DNA of 64,000 nucleotides from positions 800,001-864,000 of the forward strand of contig OZ243972.1 of the NCBI GenBank assembly GCA_965214705.1, written 5' to 3'. The stretch's first letter is position 1. Each line of letters starts with the position of its first letter. The notes under the pieces are model-generated. The model was not told the origin of the DNA, did no database searches, and worked only from the letters and a program-made list of their open reading frames with translations. Shown here piece by piece: positions 19,723 to 29,613 of this stretch. A program made the position numbers and the translations under genes. This DNA is from Alphaproteobacteria bacterium. Lineage in GTDB: Bacteria > Pseudomonadota > Alphaproteobacteria > UBA828.

Positions 19723-21255
19723 TCAGGAGCGGGCGCTGACGGTGGGGTCGTTAGTCGGGTCCAGGCCGCGGATGACGGTGCAGGGCATCGGCGCGGCGCG
19801 GAGCACCTTGCACGCCCGGCTGGCGTCGTTCTTGTAGAGCCCGAGAAAGCGCGCTCGGTAGAGGGTGCCGCGTCCGTCTGCGAGAGGCACCAGGGTCGCC
19901 GTCGCATCGCTGAGGAGCGGGGCGCGCACCGATGCTCGGCGCATGGCGATTTCCGCCGCAGTGACCGACTCGTAGGCGCCCACCTGGATGGCCCAGGGGC
20001 CGCCCACCGCCGGTGCTGCTGCGAACGTCTTTGTCGGAGACGGCGCTGGGGTCGCGACCGCCGGCTGCGCGGCCTCAAGCGCGGCGACCTCTGGCGTCGC
20101 GGCACCGGGCTTCAACGGCGGGGGCTGGGGAGGCGGCGGGCCCGAGGCGATCTCGATCGGTGTCTCCGGTGCGCGCGGGGCCGGTGGCGGCTCCTCGGCG
20201 ATCTTAATTGGCTCGGGCGGCGGCGCTGCGTCACCTTCGACCAGCTCGGGCGGCTCGGCCGCGGCAACCATAATGGCCACTGGCTTGAAGCGCGGCGCCG
20301 GCGCGGCGAGGCCGGAGCCTCCCGGTGGGCGCGGAATGCCCGCGTAACGCACGCGGCCGCGCTTGGCATCGTTCTCGGCGATCCGCGTGAAGCCGAGGTC
20401 AAGCAGGTTGGACATGTGGGCGTTGCGCGAGCGCGCCGTCTTGCCGCCGAAGACCACGGCGATGACCCGCCGGCCGTCCCGCTCCGCCGAGGCCACGAGG
20501 TTGAAGCCCGAGGCGCGGATATAGCCGGTCTTGATGCCGTCCATGCCGCGATAACGGCCGAGCAGCCGGTTGGGCGAGCGATGCTCGCGCCCGCGATAGC
20601 GGAAGCGCTTGTCGTCGAAATAGTGGTAGCGGTCCGGGAAGTCGCGCATGAGCGCCTGGGCGAGGCGGGCCATGTCTCGTGCCGTGCTGCGCTGCTTCCG
20701 GTTCGGCAGGCCCGACGCATTGCGGAAGGTGGTTCGGGACATGCCGAGCGCCTTGGCCTTCCTGGTCATCTTCCTGCCGAACTCGACCTCCGTGCCGCCC
20801 AGCGCCTCGGCGACCACCACGGCGATATCGTTCGCCGACTTGACGACCAGCGCCTTGATCGCGTCCTCGACACGGATCGTCGAGCCGGCCCGCAGCCCGA
20901 GCTTGGAGGGCGACTGCCCCGCCGCCCGCTTCGAGACCTTCAGCTTCGAATCGAGGCTGAGCTTCCCGTTGTCGACCGCCTCGAAGAGCAGATAGAGGGT
21001 CATCATCTTGGTCAGCGAGGCCGGGTACCGCCTTATGTCGGCGTTGCGTGAGCGCAGAACCTCGCCGGTTTCTGCGTCGATGACGATGGAGGCGTAGCGC
21101 GCGTGCGCTTCTTCGGCGGCGAAGACCTGCGATATGGCGAGAATGCAGAGCGCGAGTGCGAGACTGAGGACGATCGAGCCCGGACGCAAAGTTCTTCTTC
21201 TTCGCCGTGTTCCCACGCCCGCCCCGCCGCTGCCGCCAGCGAATCGACTGAACAC
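19723..21255 (-). CDS. D-alanyl-D-alanine carboxypeptidase (S11) with Pro-rich linker and C-terminal SPOR domain
   Basis: PASLTKMMT (SxxK), SAND, KTG; WAIQVGAY...YRARF SPOR domain. Confidence 0.9.
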   Translation of the reverse strand: MFSRFAGGSGGAGVGTRRRRRTLRPGSIVLSLALALCILAISQVFAAEEAHARYASIVIDAETGEVLRSRNADIRRYPASLTKMMTLYLLFEAVDNGKLSLDSKLKVSKRAAGQSPSKLGLRAGSTIRVEDAIKALVVKSANDIAVVVAEALGGTEVEFGRKMTRKAKALGMSRTTFRNASGLPNRKQRSTARDMARLAQALMRDFPDRYHYFDDKRFRYRGREHRSPNRLLGRYRGMDGIKTGYIRASGFNLVASAERDGRRVIAVVFGGKTARSRNAHMSNLLDLGFTRIAENDAKRGRVRYAGIPRPPGGSGLAAPAPRFKPVAIMVAAAEPPELVEGDAAPPPEPIKIAEEPPPAPRAPETPIEIASGPPPPQPPPLKPGAATPEVAALEAAQPAVATPAPSPTKTFAAAPAVGGPWAIQVGAYESVTAAEIAMRRASVRAPLLSDATATLVPLADGRGTLYRARFLGLYKNDASRACKVLRAAPMPCTVIRGLDPTNDPTVSARS

Positions 21256-21377
21256 TCTTTATGGGTTGTCGGTAGCACGCCCGTCAAGCACGAGCTGTGG
21301 GAAAAGGTCTGGAAGTGCTTGATTCAGTGCAATCTCTGCCTGGCCTGGGCGCCTGCGTATGCTGTGGACAACGCGGA

Positions 21378-22772
21378 CTAGAAGTCGGGCGGCTCGACCC
21401 CGCTCGCCCGCAGCTGAGCCGCGAGATCCATCTTCATGCACTCCAGCGCTGCGGCGTCCTCCGCCTCGCAACGCGCCACCAGCATGGGCTGGGTGTTCGA
21501 TGCGCGCAGCAGCCACCAGCCGTCCGGGCTCTCGGCCCTCACGCCGTCGATGGCGGTGAACGTCGCGCCCGCAGCCGTGAGCCGGTTTCCAATTTCGTCG
21601 GCGACCCGGAACTTGCGCTCGTCCGGACAGGGAAAGCGGACCTCGGGCGTGCTCACCAGTTGCGGCAGTTCGGCCCGCAAGGCCGTGGGCGAGCGCCCCT
21701 CGCCGGCGACCAGCTTGAACAAGCGGAGAGCGGCGTAGAGCGCGTCGTCGAAGCCGTAATAGCGGTCGGCGAAGAAAATGTGGCCGCTCATCTCGCCGGC
21801 GAGCGGTGCGCCGCACTCGGCCATCTTCGCCTTGATCGGCGCATGGCCCGTGCGCCACATCAGCGGCGTGCCGCCGAGGCGGGCGATCTCGTCGAAGAGG
21901 ACCCGGCTCGCCTTGACGTCGCCGATGACGGTCGAGCCGGGCCGTTCGCGCAGCACCTCGCGCGCGAGCAGGGCCACCAGTTGATCGCCCCAGAGGATCG
22001 CGCCGGCCCCGTCCACGACCCCGATGCGGTCGCCGTCGCCATCGAAGGCGATGCCGAGATCGCAGCGCTCGGCCCGCACTGTCTCGATCAGCTGCGCCAG
22101 GTTCTCGGGCACCGTGGGGTCCGGGTGGTGGACGGGGAAGGTCCCGTCGACCGCATCGTTCAGCAGGATGTGGCGGCCCGGAAGGCGGCTTACCAGCGCG
22201 CCGAGCACCGCGCCGGTGGCTCCGTTGCCGGCATCCCACGCAACGGCGAATGGCTGTTCAACGACCTCGGCGAGAAGACGCGCGACATAGGCGTCGCGAA
22301 CGTCGTCATCCTCCGTCGCCCTGCCGGCGCCCTCGGCAAACGTGCCCTCCTGCACGATGAGCGCCAGCGCCTCGATGTCGGCGCCATGAAACGGTCCGCC
22401 GCCCAGCACCATCTTCACGCCGTTGTAGGCCGGCGGGTTGTGCGAGCCCGTAATCATTATCCCGCCGTCGCACCGGCGGTCGTGGACGGCGAAATAGAGC
22501 ATCGGCGTCGGGCCCGCGCCGATGCGAAGAACGTCGGCGCCAGCAGCGCTCAACCCCTCGATGAGATGGGCTTCCAGCTCCGGCGAGCTCAGCCGGCCAT
22601 CGCGCCCCACACAAATCTTCGGCGGCCGATCGATGGTTGCACGTTGCCGCGCGATGGTGGCGAAGCCCCTGCCGATGGCTGCCATGTCGGCCCCGCTCAG
22701 CGTCTCGCCGACGATGCCCCTGATGTCGTAGGCGCCGAGGATCGCCGGATCGAGCGTATGCCCCGCGCTCAT
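21378..22772 (-). CDS. Phosphomannomutase/phosphoglucomutase
   Basis: AYDIRG, TGSHNP, DGDGDR, GEMSGH, RASNT; ATG overlaps the ugd stop. Confidence 0.93.
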   Translation of the reverse strand: MSAGHTLDPAILGAYDIRGIVGETLSGADMAAIGRGFATIARQRATIDRPPKICVGRDGRLSSPELEAHLIEGLSAAGADVLRIGAGPTPMLYFAVHDRRCDGGIMITGSHNPPAYNGVKMVLGGGPFHGADIEALALIVQEGTFAEGAGRATEDDDVRDAYVARLLAEVVEQPFAVAWDAGNGATGAVLGALVSRLPGRHILLNDAVDGTFPVHHPDPTVPENLAQLIETVRAERCDLGIAFDGDGDRIGVVDGAGAILWGDQLVALLAREVLRERPGSTVIGDVKASRVLFDEIARLGGTPLMWRTGHAPIKAKMAECGAPLAGEMSGHIFFADRYYGFDDALYAALRLFKLVAGEGRSPTALRAELPQLVSTPEVRFPCPDERKFRVADEIGNRLTAAGATFTAIDGVRAESPDGWWLLRASNTQPMLVARCEAEDAAALECMKMDLAAQLRASGVEPPDF

Positions 22773-24085
22773 GGGGAGACCGCAGGCCGGCCGATGCTCA
22801 CGTAGCGAAGGCCGGCGGCCGCCATCTCGGCCGGCTCGTAGATGTTGCGGAGATCGACCACGAGCGGGGTTCGCAACTGGCTCTGCGCGCGCTCCAGGTC
22901 GAGCGCCCTGAACTCGTTCCACTCCGTGAGGATGACCAGCGCGTCCGCGCCCGCCATGGCCTCGTAGGAGTCGTTGCACCACACCACGCCGTCGAGCAGG
23001 GCGCGCGCTTCCGCCATGCCGGCGGGATCGAAGGCGCGCAGCGTCGCCCCTCGCTCCATAAGCCCCGGCAAAATCACGAGACTCGGGCTCTCGCGCACAT
23101 CGTCCGTGTTGGGCTTGAAGGTGACGCCGAGCACGGCGATGGTCTTGCCCGCGACAGAGCCACCGCAGGCCTGCACGATCTTGTTCACCATCGCCGCCTT
23201 CCGCGCGGCGTTCGTGCGAAGCACCGCGTCGACGATGGCGCTCGGCGCGCCGGCTTCCTCGGCGATGCGGACGAAGGCCGCGGTGTCCTTGGGGAAGCAC
23301 GAGCCGCCGAAGCCGGGGCCCGCGTGCAGGAAGTACCGACCGATGCGGCCGTCGAGGCCGATCCCCTTGGCCACGTCCTGCACGTCCGCGCCGAGGCGCT
23401 CGCAGAGGTCGGCGATCTCGTTGATGAATGTGATCTTGGTCGCGAGGAAGCAGTTGGCAGCGTACTTAATGAGCTCCGCCGTCTCCAGCGTGGTGAAGAG
23501 CACCGGCGTTTCGATCAGGAAGAGCGGCCTGTAGAGCGCCCGCATGACCGCCTGCGCACGTTCGGACTCGACTCCGACGACGACGCGGTCGGGGCGCATG
23601 AAGTCGCCGATCGCCGAGCCTTCGCGCAGGAACTCCGGGTTCGAGACCACATCGAACGCGGCGTCCGGCCGACGCTCCCGGATGATGCGCGCGATCTCAC
23701 GCCCGGTACCGACTGGCACGGTCGATTTCGTCGCGACGACGGTGTAGCCGTCGAGAGCGTCCGCGACCTGACCGGCCGCCTCGAACACGAACGAGAGGTC
23801 GGCATAGCCGTCACCCCGCCGGCTAGGCGTGCCGACCGCCAGCATCACCACGTCGGCCGCCGGCACGGCCTCGGCGATGTCGCCGGTGAAGGTGAGGCGG
23901 CCGGCGGTGACATTGGCGGCAAGCAGCGCCTCCAGCCCCGGCTCGTAGATCGGCACGCACCCCGTACGGAGCGCCGCAATCCTTTCCGGCTCGGCATCGA
24001 CGCAGGCGACGGAGAAGCCGAATTCCGAGAAACAGGTGGCAGACACCAGACCGACGTAACCGGCCCCGATCATCGCGACGCGCAT
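22769..24085 (-). CDS. ugd: UDP-glucose 6-dehydrogenase
   Basis: GAGYVG, KSTVPVGT, SNPEFLREG, GFGGSCFPKD. Confidence 0.95.
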   Translation of the reverse strand: MRVAMIGAGYVGLVSATCFSEFGFSVACVDAEPERIAALRTGCVPIYEPGLEALLAANVTAGRLTFTGDIAEAVPAADVVMLAVGTPSRRGDGYADLSFVFEAAGQVADALDGYTVVATKSTVPVGTGREIARIIRERRPDAAFDVVSNPEFLREGSAIGDFMRPDRVVVGVESERAQAVMRALYRPLFLIETPVLFTTLETAELIKYAANCFLATKITFINEIADLCERLGADVQDVAKGIGLDGRIGRYFLHAGPGFGGSCFPKDTAAFVRIAEEAGAPSAIVDAVLRTNAARKAAMVNKIVQACGGSVAGKTIAVLGVTFKPNTDDVRESPSLVILPGLMERGATLRAFDPAGMAEARALLDGVVWCNDSYEAMAGADALVILTEWNEFRALDLERAQSQLRTPLVVDLRNIYEPAEMAAAGLRYVSIGRPAVSP

Positions 24086-24125
24086 GGCGATGCTCCCCGA
24101 AAACGATCCCGCGCGAAGGGCCGCC

Positions 24126-25001
24126 CTACGAGGAGGGCGTCACCTCTCGCAGGAATGACAACAGCTCCTGCCTCAGTTCGGGCCGTTCCATGGCGCAGGC
24201 GATGGTCGCCTGAATGGCCCCCGTCGGGCTGCCGCAATCGAAGCGACGGCCGTTGAAGCGGACGCCATGAAACTGTTCCTCCCGCGCCATCGCAGCCATG
24301 GCGTCGGTCAGCTGAATCTCGCCGCCTGCGCCGGGCTCCTGCGTGGCAAGCCGTGCGAAGATGCCCGGTTGCAGGACGTAGCGGCCGATGAGCGCGAGCC
24401 GCGACGGCGCGCGCGGGGGGGCGGGCTTCTCCACCATACCCGCAAGCGGGAGGGCTCCGCCTTCATCCTCGCCCGCGACCTCGACGATCCCGTACCGGCC
24501 GGTCTCGCTCTGCGGCACCTCGGCAAGCGCCACGACGCTGCCGCCGGTCCGGCCGTGAACCTCGACGAGCTCGGCAAGGCACGGCGGGTCGTCGAGGAGC
24601 AGCTCGTCGGGCAGCAGCACCGCAAACGGCTCGTCGCCCACCAGATCGCGCGCGCAGAGAACGGCATGGCCCAGGCCCAGCGGTTCCTCCTGGCGCACGA
24701 AGGCGGCGCTGCCGGGCGCGAGCACGGCGCCCGCGGTCACCGCCAGAGCAGCATCGTCGCCGCGCGCAGCGAGATAAGCGTTGAGCGCTTCGTCATGCTC
24801 AAAATGGTCCCTGATCGTCGCCTCGCCCCGGCCCGTGACGAAGATAAATTCTTCGATCCCCGCAGCCTGTGCCTCCTCGACCGCATACTGGATGAGCGGC
24901 TTGTCGACTACCGGAAGCAACACCTTGGGCACCGCCTTGCTCGCAGGCAGGAAGCGCGTGCCCATGCCGGCGACGGGGAGCACAGCCTTCCTAACCCGCA
25001 T
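24126..25001 (-). CDS. galU: UTP--glucose-1-phosphate uridylyltransferase
   Basis: KAVLPVAGMGTRFLPASKAVPK, LGLGHAV, VEKP, GEIQLTDA. Confidence 0.95.
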   Translation of the reverse strand: MRVRKAVLPVAGMGTRFLPASKAVPKVLLPVVDKPLIQYAVEEAQAAGIEEFIFVTGRGEATIRDHFEHDEALNAYLAARGDDAALAVTAGAVLAPGSAAFVRQEEPLGLGHAVLCARDLVGDEPFAVLLPDELLLDDPPCLAELVEVHGRTGGSVVALAEVPQSETGRYGIVEVAGEDEGGALPLAGMVEKPAPPRAPSRLALIGRYVLQPGIFARLATQEPGAGGEIQLTDAMAAMAREEQFHGVRFNGRRFDCGSPTGAIQATIACAMERPELRQELLSFLREVTPSS

Positions 25002-25094
25002 TCCTCACCACGCTGACCTGGGTCGGTGGAGGCGGAGGTGTGCCACGGCGGCCGGAGCACGGCAAGCACGGCGGCACTCGCGGCGTCGCGCGAC

Positions 25095-25841
25095 TCAGCC
25101 GCCCAGCAGCAGCTCCTTCGCCTGGTTGATCTTGGCCGCGAGGTAGTTGGAGCCGCCGTGATCGGGGTGGAGCTTGCGCATGAGCGTGCGGTGCGCCTCC
25201 TTGATCTCCTCCGCCCCGGCCCCAGGCTGGAGGCCGAGGATCTCGTAGGCCTCCTCGCGGGTCATCGGCGTGCGGGCGCCAGCGGCCCTCTTGCGCCCCC
25301 AGCCCTGCCCCGTGCCGGCACCGGCGCTTTGCTCCTGCTCCGCCCGCGCCTCGGCGCGCTCGCGCCAATCGGCGCCGAGAATCCGGTCCATATAGGCCTC
25401 GAGCAGCCGCCGGCCCTCGTCGTCCCGCAAGCTGCACTCCTGGAACAACTCGAGAAGCTGCGGCTCCGAAAGCTCGTCGAGGCGGGCCCCGGCATAGCGG
25501 CCCTGGAGCACCGTGCCCTCCATTTCGCCGCTGTCATGGTCCAGCGTCATGCGCAGATAGGGGGTCTCGACATCCGATTTCTGGCCGGCCGTGGGATGCG
25601 GGTTCATCCGACCCGCGGCAAAGCGGCTCATGAGCCAGGGCAGCCCGGTGATCGCGAGCGGCAGGAAGGCGAGATTCGCCTTGCCGGTCACGGCGAGGAA
25701 GATCGTGGCCGCAGCGCCGGCAGCGATGAAGCCCCACTTGACCCACTTCGCGAGGCTCGAGGGATTGGCCGTGGCGAACCAGCGGCTGAGAAACACGACC
25801 AGCACCAGGAGCGCGATCCCGAGGAGGACGTAGGTGATCAT
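25095..25841 (-). CDS. Membrane-anchored protein with C-terminal DnaJ (J) domain
   Basis: N-terminal TM helices; [12 protein letters not shown]...KLHPDHGGS...KINQAKE. Confidence 0.85.
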   Translation of the reverse strand: MITYVLLGIALLVLVVFLSRWFATANPSSLAKWVKWGFIAAGAAATIFLAVTGKANLAFLPLAITGLPWLMSRFAAGRMNPHPTAGQKSDVETPYLRMTLDHDSGEMEGTVLQGRYAGARLDELSEPQLLELFQECSLRDDEGRRLLEAYMDRILGADWRERAEARAEQEQSAGAGTGQGWGRKRAAGARTPMTREEAYEILGLQPGAGAEEIKEAHRTLMRKLHPDHGGSNYLAAKINQAKELLLGG

Positions 25842-25892
25842 CGGAGGGCGGGGTCTAGCGAGCCGGGCGACGGAAGCGCAGGAGGGGCAGGC

Positions 25893-26603
25893 TCATTTGA
25901 TCTGATGAGCGATCTGCAACACCGCCTCGCCGCGCTGGCGGCTGTAGTCCTTGAGCGCCTTGCGCCCGCCGGCGGCGTAGACCGCGACTGCGCCCAAGAG
26001 CTCCTTGAGCTGGCGCGCGCTCGACGCATCGAAGCGCAGATAGGCGCCGTTGGTGAGCCGCGCGATCTGGCGAAAGGCCAATGATGCCGACGGGTCCGGC
26101 CCCTCGTGGAACATGAAGGCGGGAACCCCGCGCAAGCCGAGCTCGCCGGCGATGGCGCAGAGCTCGTCCACGTTCTCTTCCATGGCGTCGCCGACGAAGA
26201 CCAGCGCGTGGACCTTCTGGACCTGAGTCTCGTCCAGGGCGTGGCGCAGCACCTTGCGGATCTGGGTGTGGCCGCCGAGGCAACGGACGGCGGTCATGAC
26301 GCGCACCAGCGCCCGCGAATCCCGCACCCACTTGCTCGCCTTGCACTCGCCGAAGCCGCGATAGTAGACGAGCTGCACCGAGAGCCCACCGAGTGAGGCC
26401 GTGGCGTCGAACATCTCCCCCTGGATCTGGCAGGCGCGATCCCAGGTCGGCTCCCGGCTCGCCGTCGCGTCCATCGCAAACATGAGGCGCCCGGTTTCTC
26501 CCTGCTTGACCGGCGGCGGGGTCGTCGCGACCCGGCGCAGGAAGGCATCCACGTCAGCGCTGTCGTTTTGGCCCTTCGTCGGCAGCTTTCGGTCACGGGT
26601 CAT
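25893..26603 (-). CDS. VWA domain protein
   Basis: FAMDATASRE MIDAS-like motif, GGHTQI, FVGDAMEE. Confidence 0.8.
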   Translation of the reverse strand: MTRDRKLPTKGQNDSADVDAFLRRVATTPPPVKQGETGRLMFAMDATASREPTWDRACQIQGEMFDATASLGGLSVQLVYYRGFGECKASKWVRDSRALVRVMTAVRCLGGHTQIRKVLRHALDETQVQKVHALVFVGDAMEENVDELCAIAGELGLRGVPAFMFHEGPDPSASLAFRQIARLTNGAYLRFDASSARQLKELLGAVAVYAAGGRKALKDYSRQRGEAVLQIAHQIK

Positions 26604-26618
26604 CGCAGGCTCCCCCTC

Positions 26619-27566
26619 CTATATGGGGGCGACCGGCAGCCGTGCCAGGCGCTCGGTCAGCATAGCGAAGAAGCCGTCGGCGTCGACCCTCTGCAGCACG
26701 TGGGCGTTGGCGGCAGCGCCGCTGCGGCCGTGCAGATCGCACACGGTCCGCCCGAAGCAGTGGCCGTTGCTCAACTCCACATCGACCCGCATGTCACGGC
26801 CCTCGAAGAGATCGGGCGCCAGAAGATAGGCGATCACGCAGGGATCGTGCATGGGCGCGCCGTGGTGATACGCCTCGATGTTCTTCTCGCCGTAGAGGTC
26901 GAGCATGCCGCAGACGGCAGCCCCCGGCGCCGTGCCCAGCGCGCGGATTGCCTCCAGCCTGGGCGGCGTCGCGATTGCCTGATGGGTGACGTCGAGCCCG
27001 ATCATGGTGAGCGGCACGCCGGCCTCGAACACCACGTGCGCCGCATGGGGGTCGGCGTGGATGTTGAACTCGGCCGCCGGCGTGACGTTGCCGAGCCCAA
27101 TCGCGCCCCCCATGGTCACGATTTCGCGCACGTTCGCCCGCATCGCCGGGTTCTTGACGATGGCGAGCGCGACATTGGTGAGGGGCCCAAGCGTCGCCAG
27201 CGTGATGGGCTCCTGCGCCGCCGTCAGCGTATCGACCAGAAAGTCCACCGCATGAGCTGCCTCGGCGGGGCGGCCCGGCTCCGGCAGGTCGGCGCCGTCG
27301 ATCCCCGTCGGCCCGTGGATGTACTCAGCGGTCTCGGGTTCGCGCACCATGGGCCTTGAGCACCCGGCATAGACCGGCACCTCGGGTCGGCCAGCGAGGT
27401 CCCTGATTCGGCGCGCGTTGCTCTCGGTCCGGGCGAGCGGCACGTTGCCCGCGACGGCGGTGATGCCGAGCAGGTCGAACTCCTCGGGGGACGCGAAGGC
27501 GAGCAGCAGGGCGACGGCGTCGTCCTGGCCCGGATCGCAGTCGATGATCAGCGGTCGCGCGCTCAT
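26619..27566 (-). CDS. Nucleoside hydrolase (IUNH family)
   Basis: IIDCDPGQDDA, GPLTN, AEFNIHADP, MHDP. Confidence 0.93.
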   Translation of the reverse strand: MSARPLIIDCDPGQDDAVALLLAFASPEEFDLLGITAVAGNVPLARTESNARRIRDLAGRPEVPVYAGCSRPMVREPETAEYIHGPTGIDGADLPEPGRPAEAAHAVDFLVDTLTAAQEPITLATLGPLTNVALAIVKNPAMRANVREIVTMGGAIGLGNVTPAAEFNIHADPHAAHVVFEAGVPLTMIGLDVTHQAIATPPRLEAIRALGTAPGAAVCGMLDLYGEKNIEAYHHGAPMHDPCVIAYLLAPDLFEGRDMRVDVELSNGHCFGRTVCDLHGRSGAAANAHVLQRVDADGFFAMLTERLARLPVAPI

Positions 27567-27696
27567 GGCAGCCCGGAATCATACCTAGCGTCGCGAGCGG
27601 CGGATAGTGCCTGCGAAGAAGAGTGTGCGTCGGTTTCCGCGTGGCCGTGCAACATCCGCGCGCGCAGCGGCGATCGGGATGGCGGTTCCGACGTGG

Positions 27697-28998
27697 CTAA
27701 TCCCGGGGATCGCGCTGGTAGCGAGCAGCGGCGCCAGCGTCGTCGGTGCCGGAGGGTCCGTCGCCGCCTTCACTCCCGCGATCCGGCGCACTAGCACCAG
27801 CGCGCTGCGGATCGGCCGTATCGCGTGGACCCAAATCGAACCGATGCCCCTGGGTGTGGCGACTCCCGCAGTCGGCGCCACTCCACCAAGCATCGGCCGC
27901 CTCGCGCACGGCGCCCCAATCCAGCTCGAAGCCCAGTCCCGGACCGTCGAGAACAGGAAGCCTGCCGTCCTGCAACGTGAGGTCGGGTCGGCTGACGATG
28001 TCCCAGGCCAGAAAATTGTTCATGTACTGGTTGCCATCGTCCAGGTTGGGAGTCATCGCCGCCGCGTGGATCGCCGCCACGGTGGTTATCCCCGTCTCGT
28101 GCAGTCCGTGGATACAAACGTCGACGTTGGCCGCCTCGGCGACGTGGGCCACCTTGCAGAAGCGCAGCAAGCCCCCGGTCTCGTGCAGGCCGACGACGAT
28201 CAAATCGGCAGCGCGCAGGCGGCAGACGTCGAAGGCGTCGCCCAGCGCGATGACACCCTGGTCCGCTGCGATCGAGATGGGACTCGCAGCCCGCACCCGC
28301 GCCAGCGCCTCGATGCTTTCCGCATCGATCGGCTGCTCCACGACTTCGATGTCAAACCGGGACAGCCTTCGCATCATGCGGGCGGCCCGGACGGGGTGCC
28401 AACGCCCGCTCGGGTCGAGGCGTAGGCGTTTGCCGGGTCCGATGGCGGCCCGGACCCGGGCGACGACCTCAGCGTCCAGATCGTCGCCCCGTCCGGCCTC
28501 GACGAAGATCACTTCGTGGCCCGAGGCCGCGAGCCGCGCCGCCTCGCCGGCAATTTCTTCGGCGGTTTCCCCTTGCGGGAAGCCGAAGTAGCGCACTTCG
28601 TCGCGAACCGCGCCGCCCAGCAGAGCGTGAACGGGGCGGTCCACAGCCTTGCCCATGGCGTCCCACAGTGCCATCTCCAGCCCCGCGAGCGCCTTGCCCG
28701 CGAATTTGGAGGCCCTGCAAGACTCCTCGCGACCGAACAGCGCGTGGTAGGCCTCGTCAATCAGGCGGGCGTTCTCGAAAGGACTACGACCGACGCAAAA
28801 GTCCGCCGCGAGCGAGATATGGGCGCGGATCGCCTCGACCGATGGCGTCGCAATCGACTCGCCATAGCCGATCACGCCCTCGTCGGTGTGGACCTCGACC
28901 AGGATTACCTCCGCGCCGTGGGTGACGCCCTGGGACCAGTGAAAGGGTTGCTCGTAGGGGATCCAGAGCGGTGTCGTGACAACCTCGCTAATCTTCAT
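27697..28998 (-). CDS. Mandelate racemase/muconate lactonizing enzyme family protein, possibly decaying
   Basis: GYGES, EMALWD..GK, EQP, ADQ, GPGLG; the KxK position reads FVEAG and the C-terminal tail looks aberrant. Confidence 0.7.
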   Translation of the reverse strand: MKISEVVTTPLWIPYEQPFHWSQGVTHGAEVILVEVHTDEGVIGYGESIATPSVEAIRAHISLAADFCVGRSPFENARLIDEAYHALFGREESCRASKFAGKALAGLEMALWDAMGKAVDRPVHALLGGAVRDEVRYFGFPQGETAEEIAGEAARLAASGHEVIFVEAGRGDDLDAEVVARVRAAIGPGKRLRLDPSGRWHPVRAARMMRRLSRFDIEVVEQPIDAESIEALARVRAASPISIAADQGVIALGDAFDVCRLRAADLIVVGLHETGGLLRFCKVAHVAEAANVDVCIHGLHETGITTVAAIHAAAMTPNLDDGNQYMNNFLAWDIVSRPDLTLQDGRLPVLDGPGLGFELDWGAVREAADAWWSGADCGSRHTQGHRFDLGPRDTADPQRAGASAPDRGSEGGDGPSGTDDAGAAARYQRDPRD

Positions 28999-29174
28999 GC
29001 CCTCTCCTCCGGCGCTCGGCGCCTTCGGTCGCCCCAAATCGATTTAGCGGGCTACGCACCGCGTTCGATCCTCGCAAATGGGGGAGTGGACGCACACCGT
29101 CCAAATGGTGGGCTTGAGAAATCACGGGTGAGGTCCCTGATGGCCAGGACTCCCCGTGTTGGTCCAGTTTGATT

Positions 29175-29251
29175 GTTCCGAACCTGGTGTGGTCGAGCAT
29201 CGCATCGTGCAACCACGCCTGGATGCGATCGAACGGGTCTCTTTCGCTCAT
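29175..29251 (-). pseudogene. N-terminal remnant of a LuxR-type HTH regulator
   Basis: MSERDPFDRIQAWLHDAMLD resembles the N-terminus of a LuxR-family regulator recalled from symbiont genomes; the reading degenerates immediately afterwards. Confidence 0.4.
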
Positions 29252-29613
29252 GATGAGCTTGCGACCCTCGTTGTCCCGGTTGCTCCTCGGGCGAAGATCC
29301 TCGCTCCATGGATTCCGGCAAAGACCGTACCTTTGAGGGACTCAAGCGTCAGTTCTGGCCATCCTCACCAGACCTCCGTGGCAACGGGGGCCGCCAGGCG
29401 GGCAGCATTTGCCGAAGAGACGAGCCCCATCGGGTGGTCTATCTCGAATACTAGTTAACCGGTCCAAATAATGCCATATCTGAGATGACTATATGATCGA
29501 TATAGAAATCGATATGTCTGTAGTGGCAGTTAAAGTGCCTTCTGGTGGGCGCGTGAGCAGCCTTATTGGCGGTGGCGCCGGCCGGGCGCCGGCACGATGT
29601 GCTATCGTGGGCC

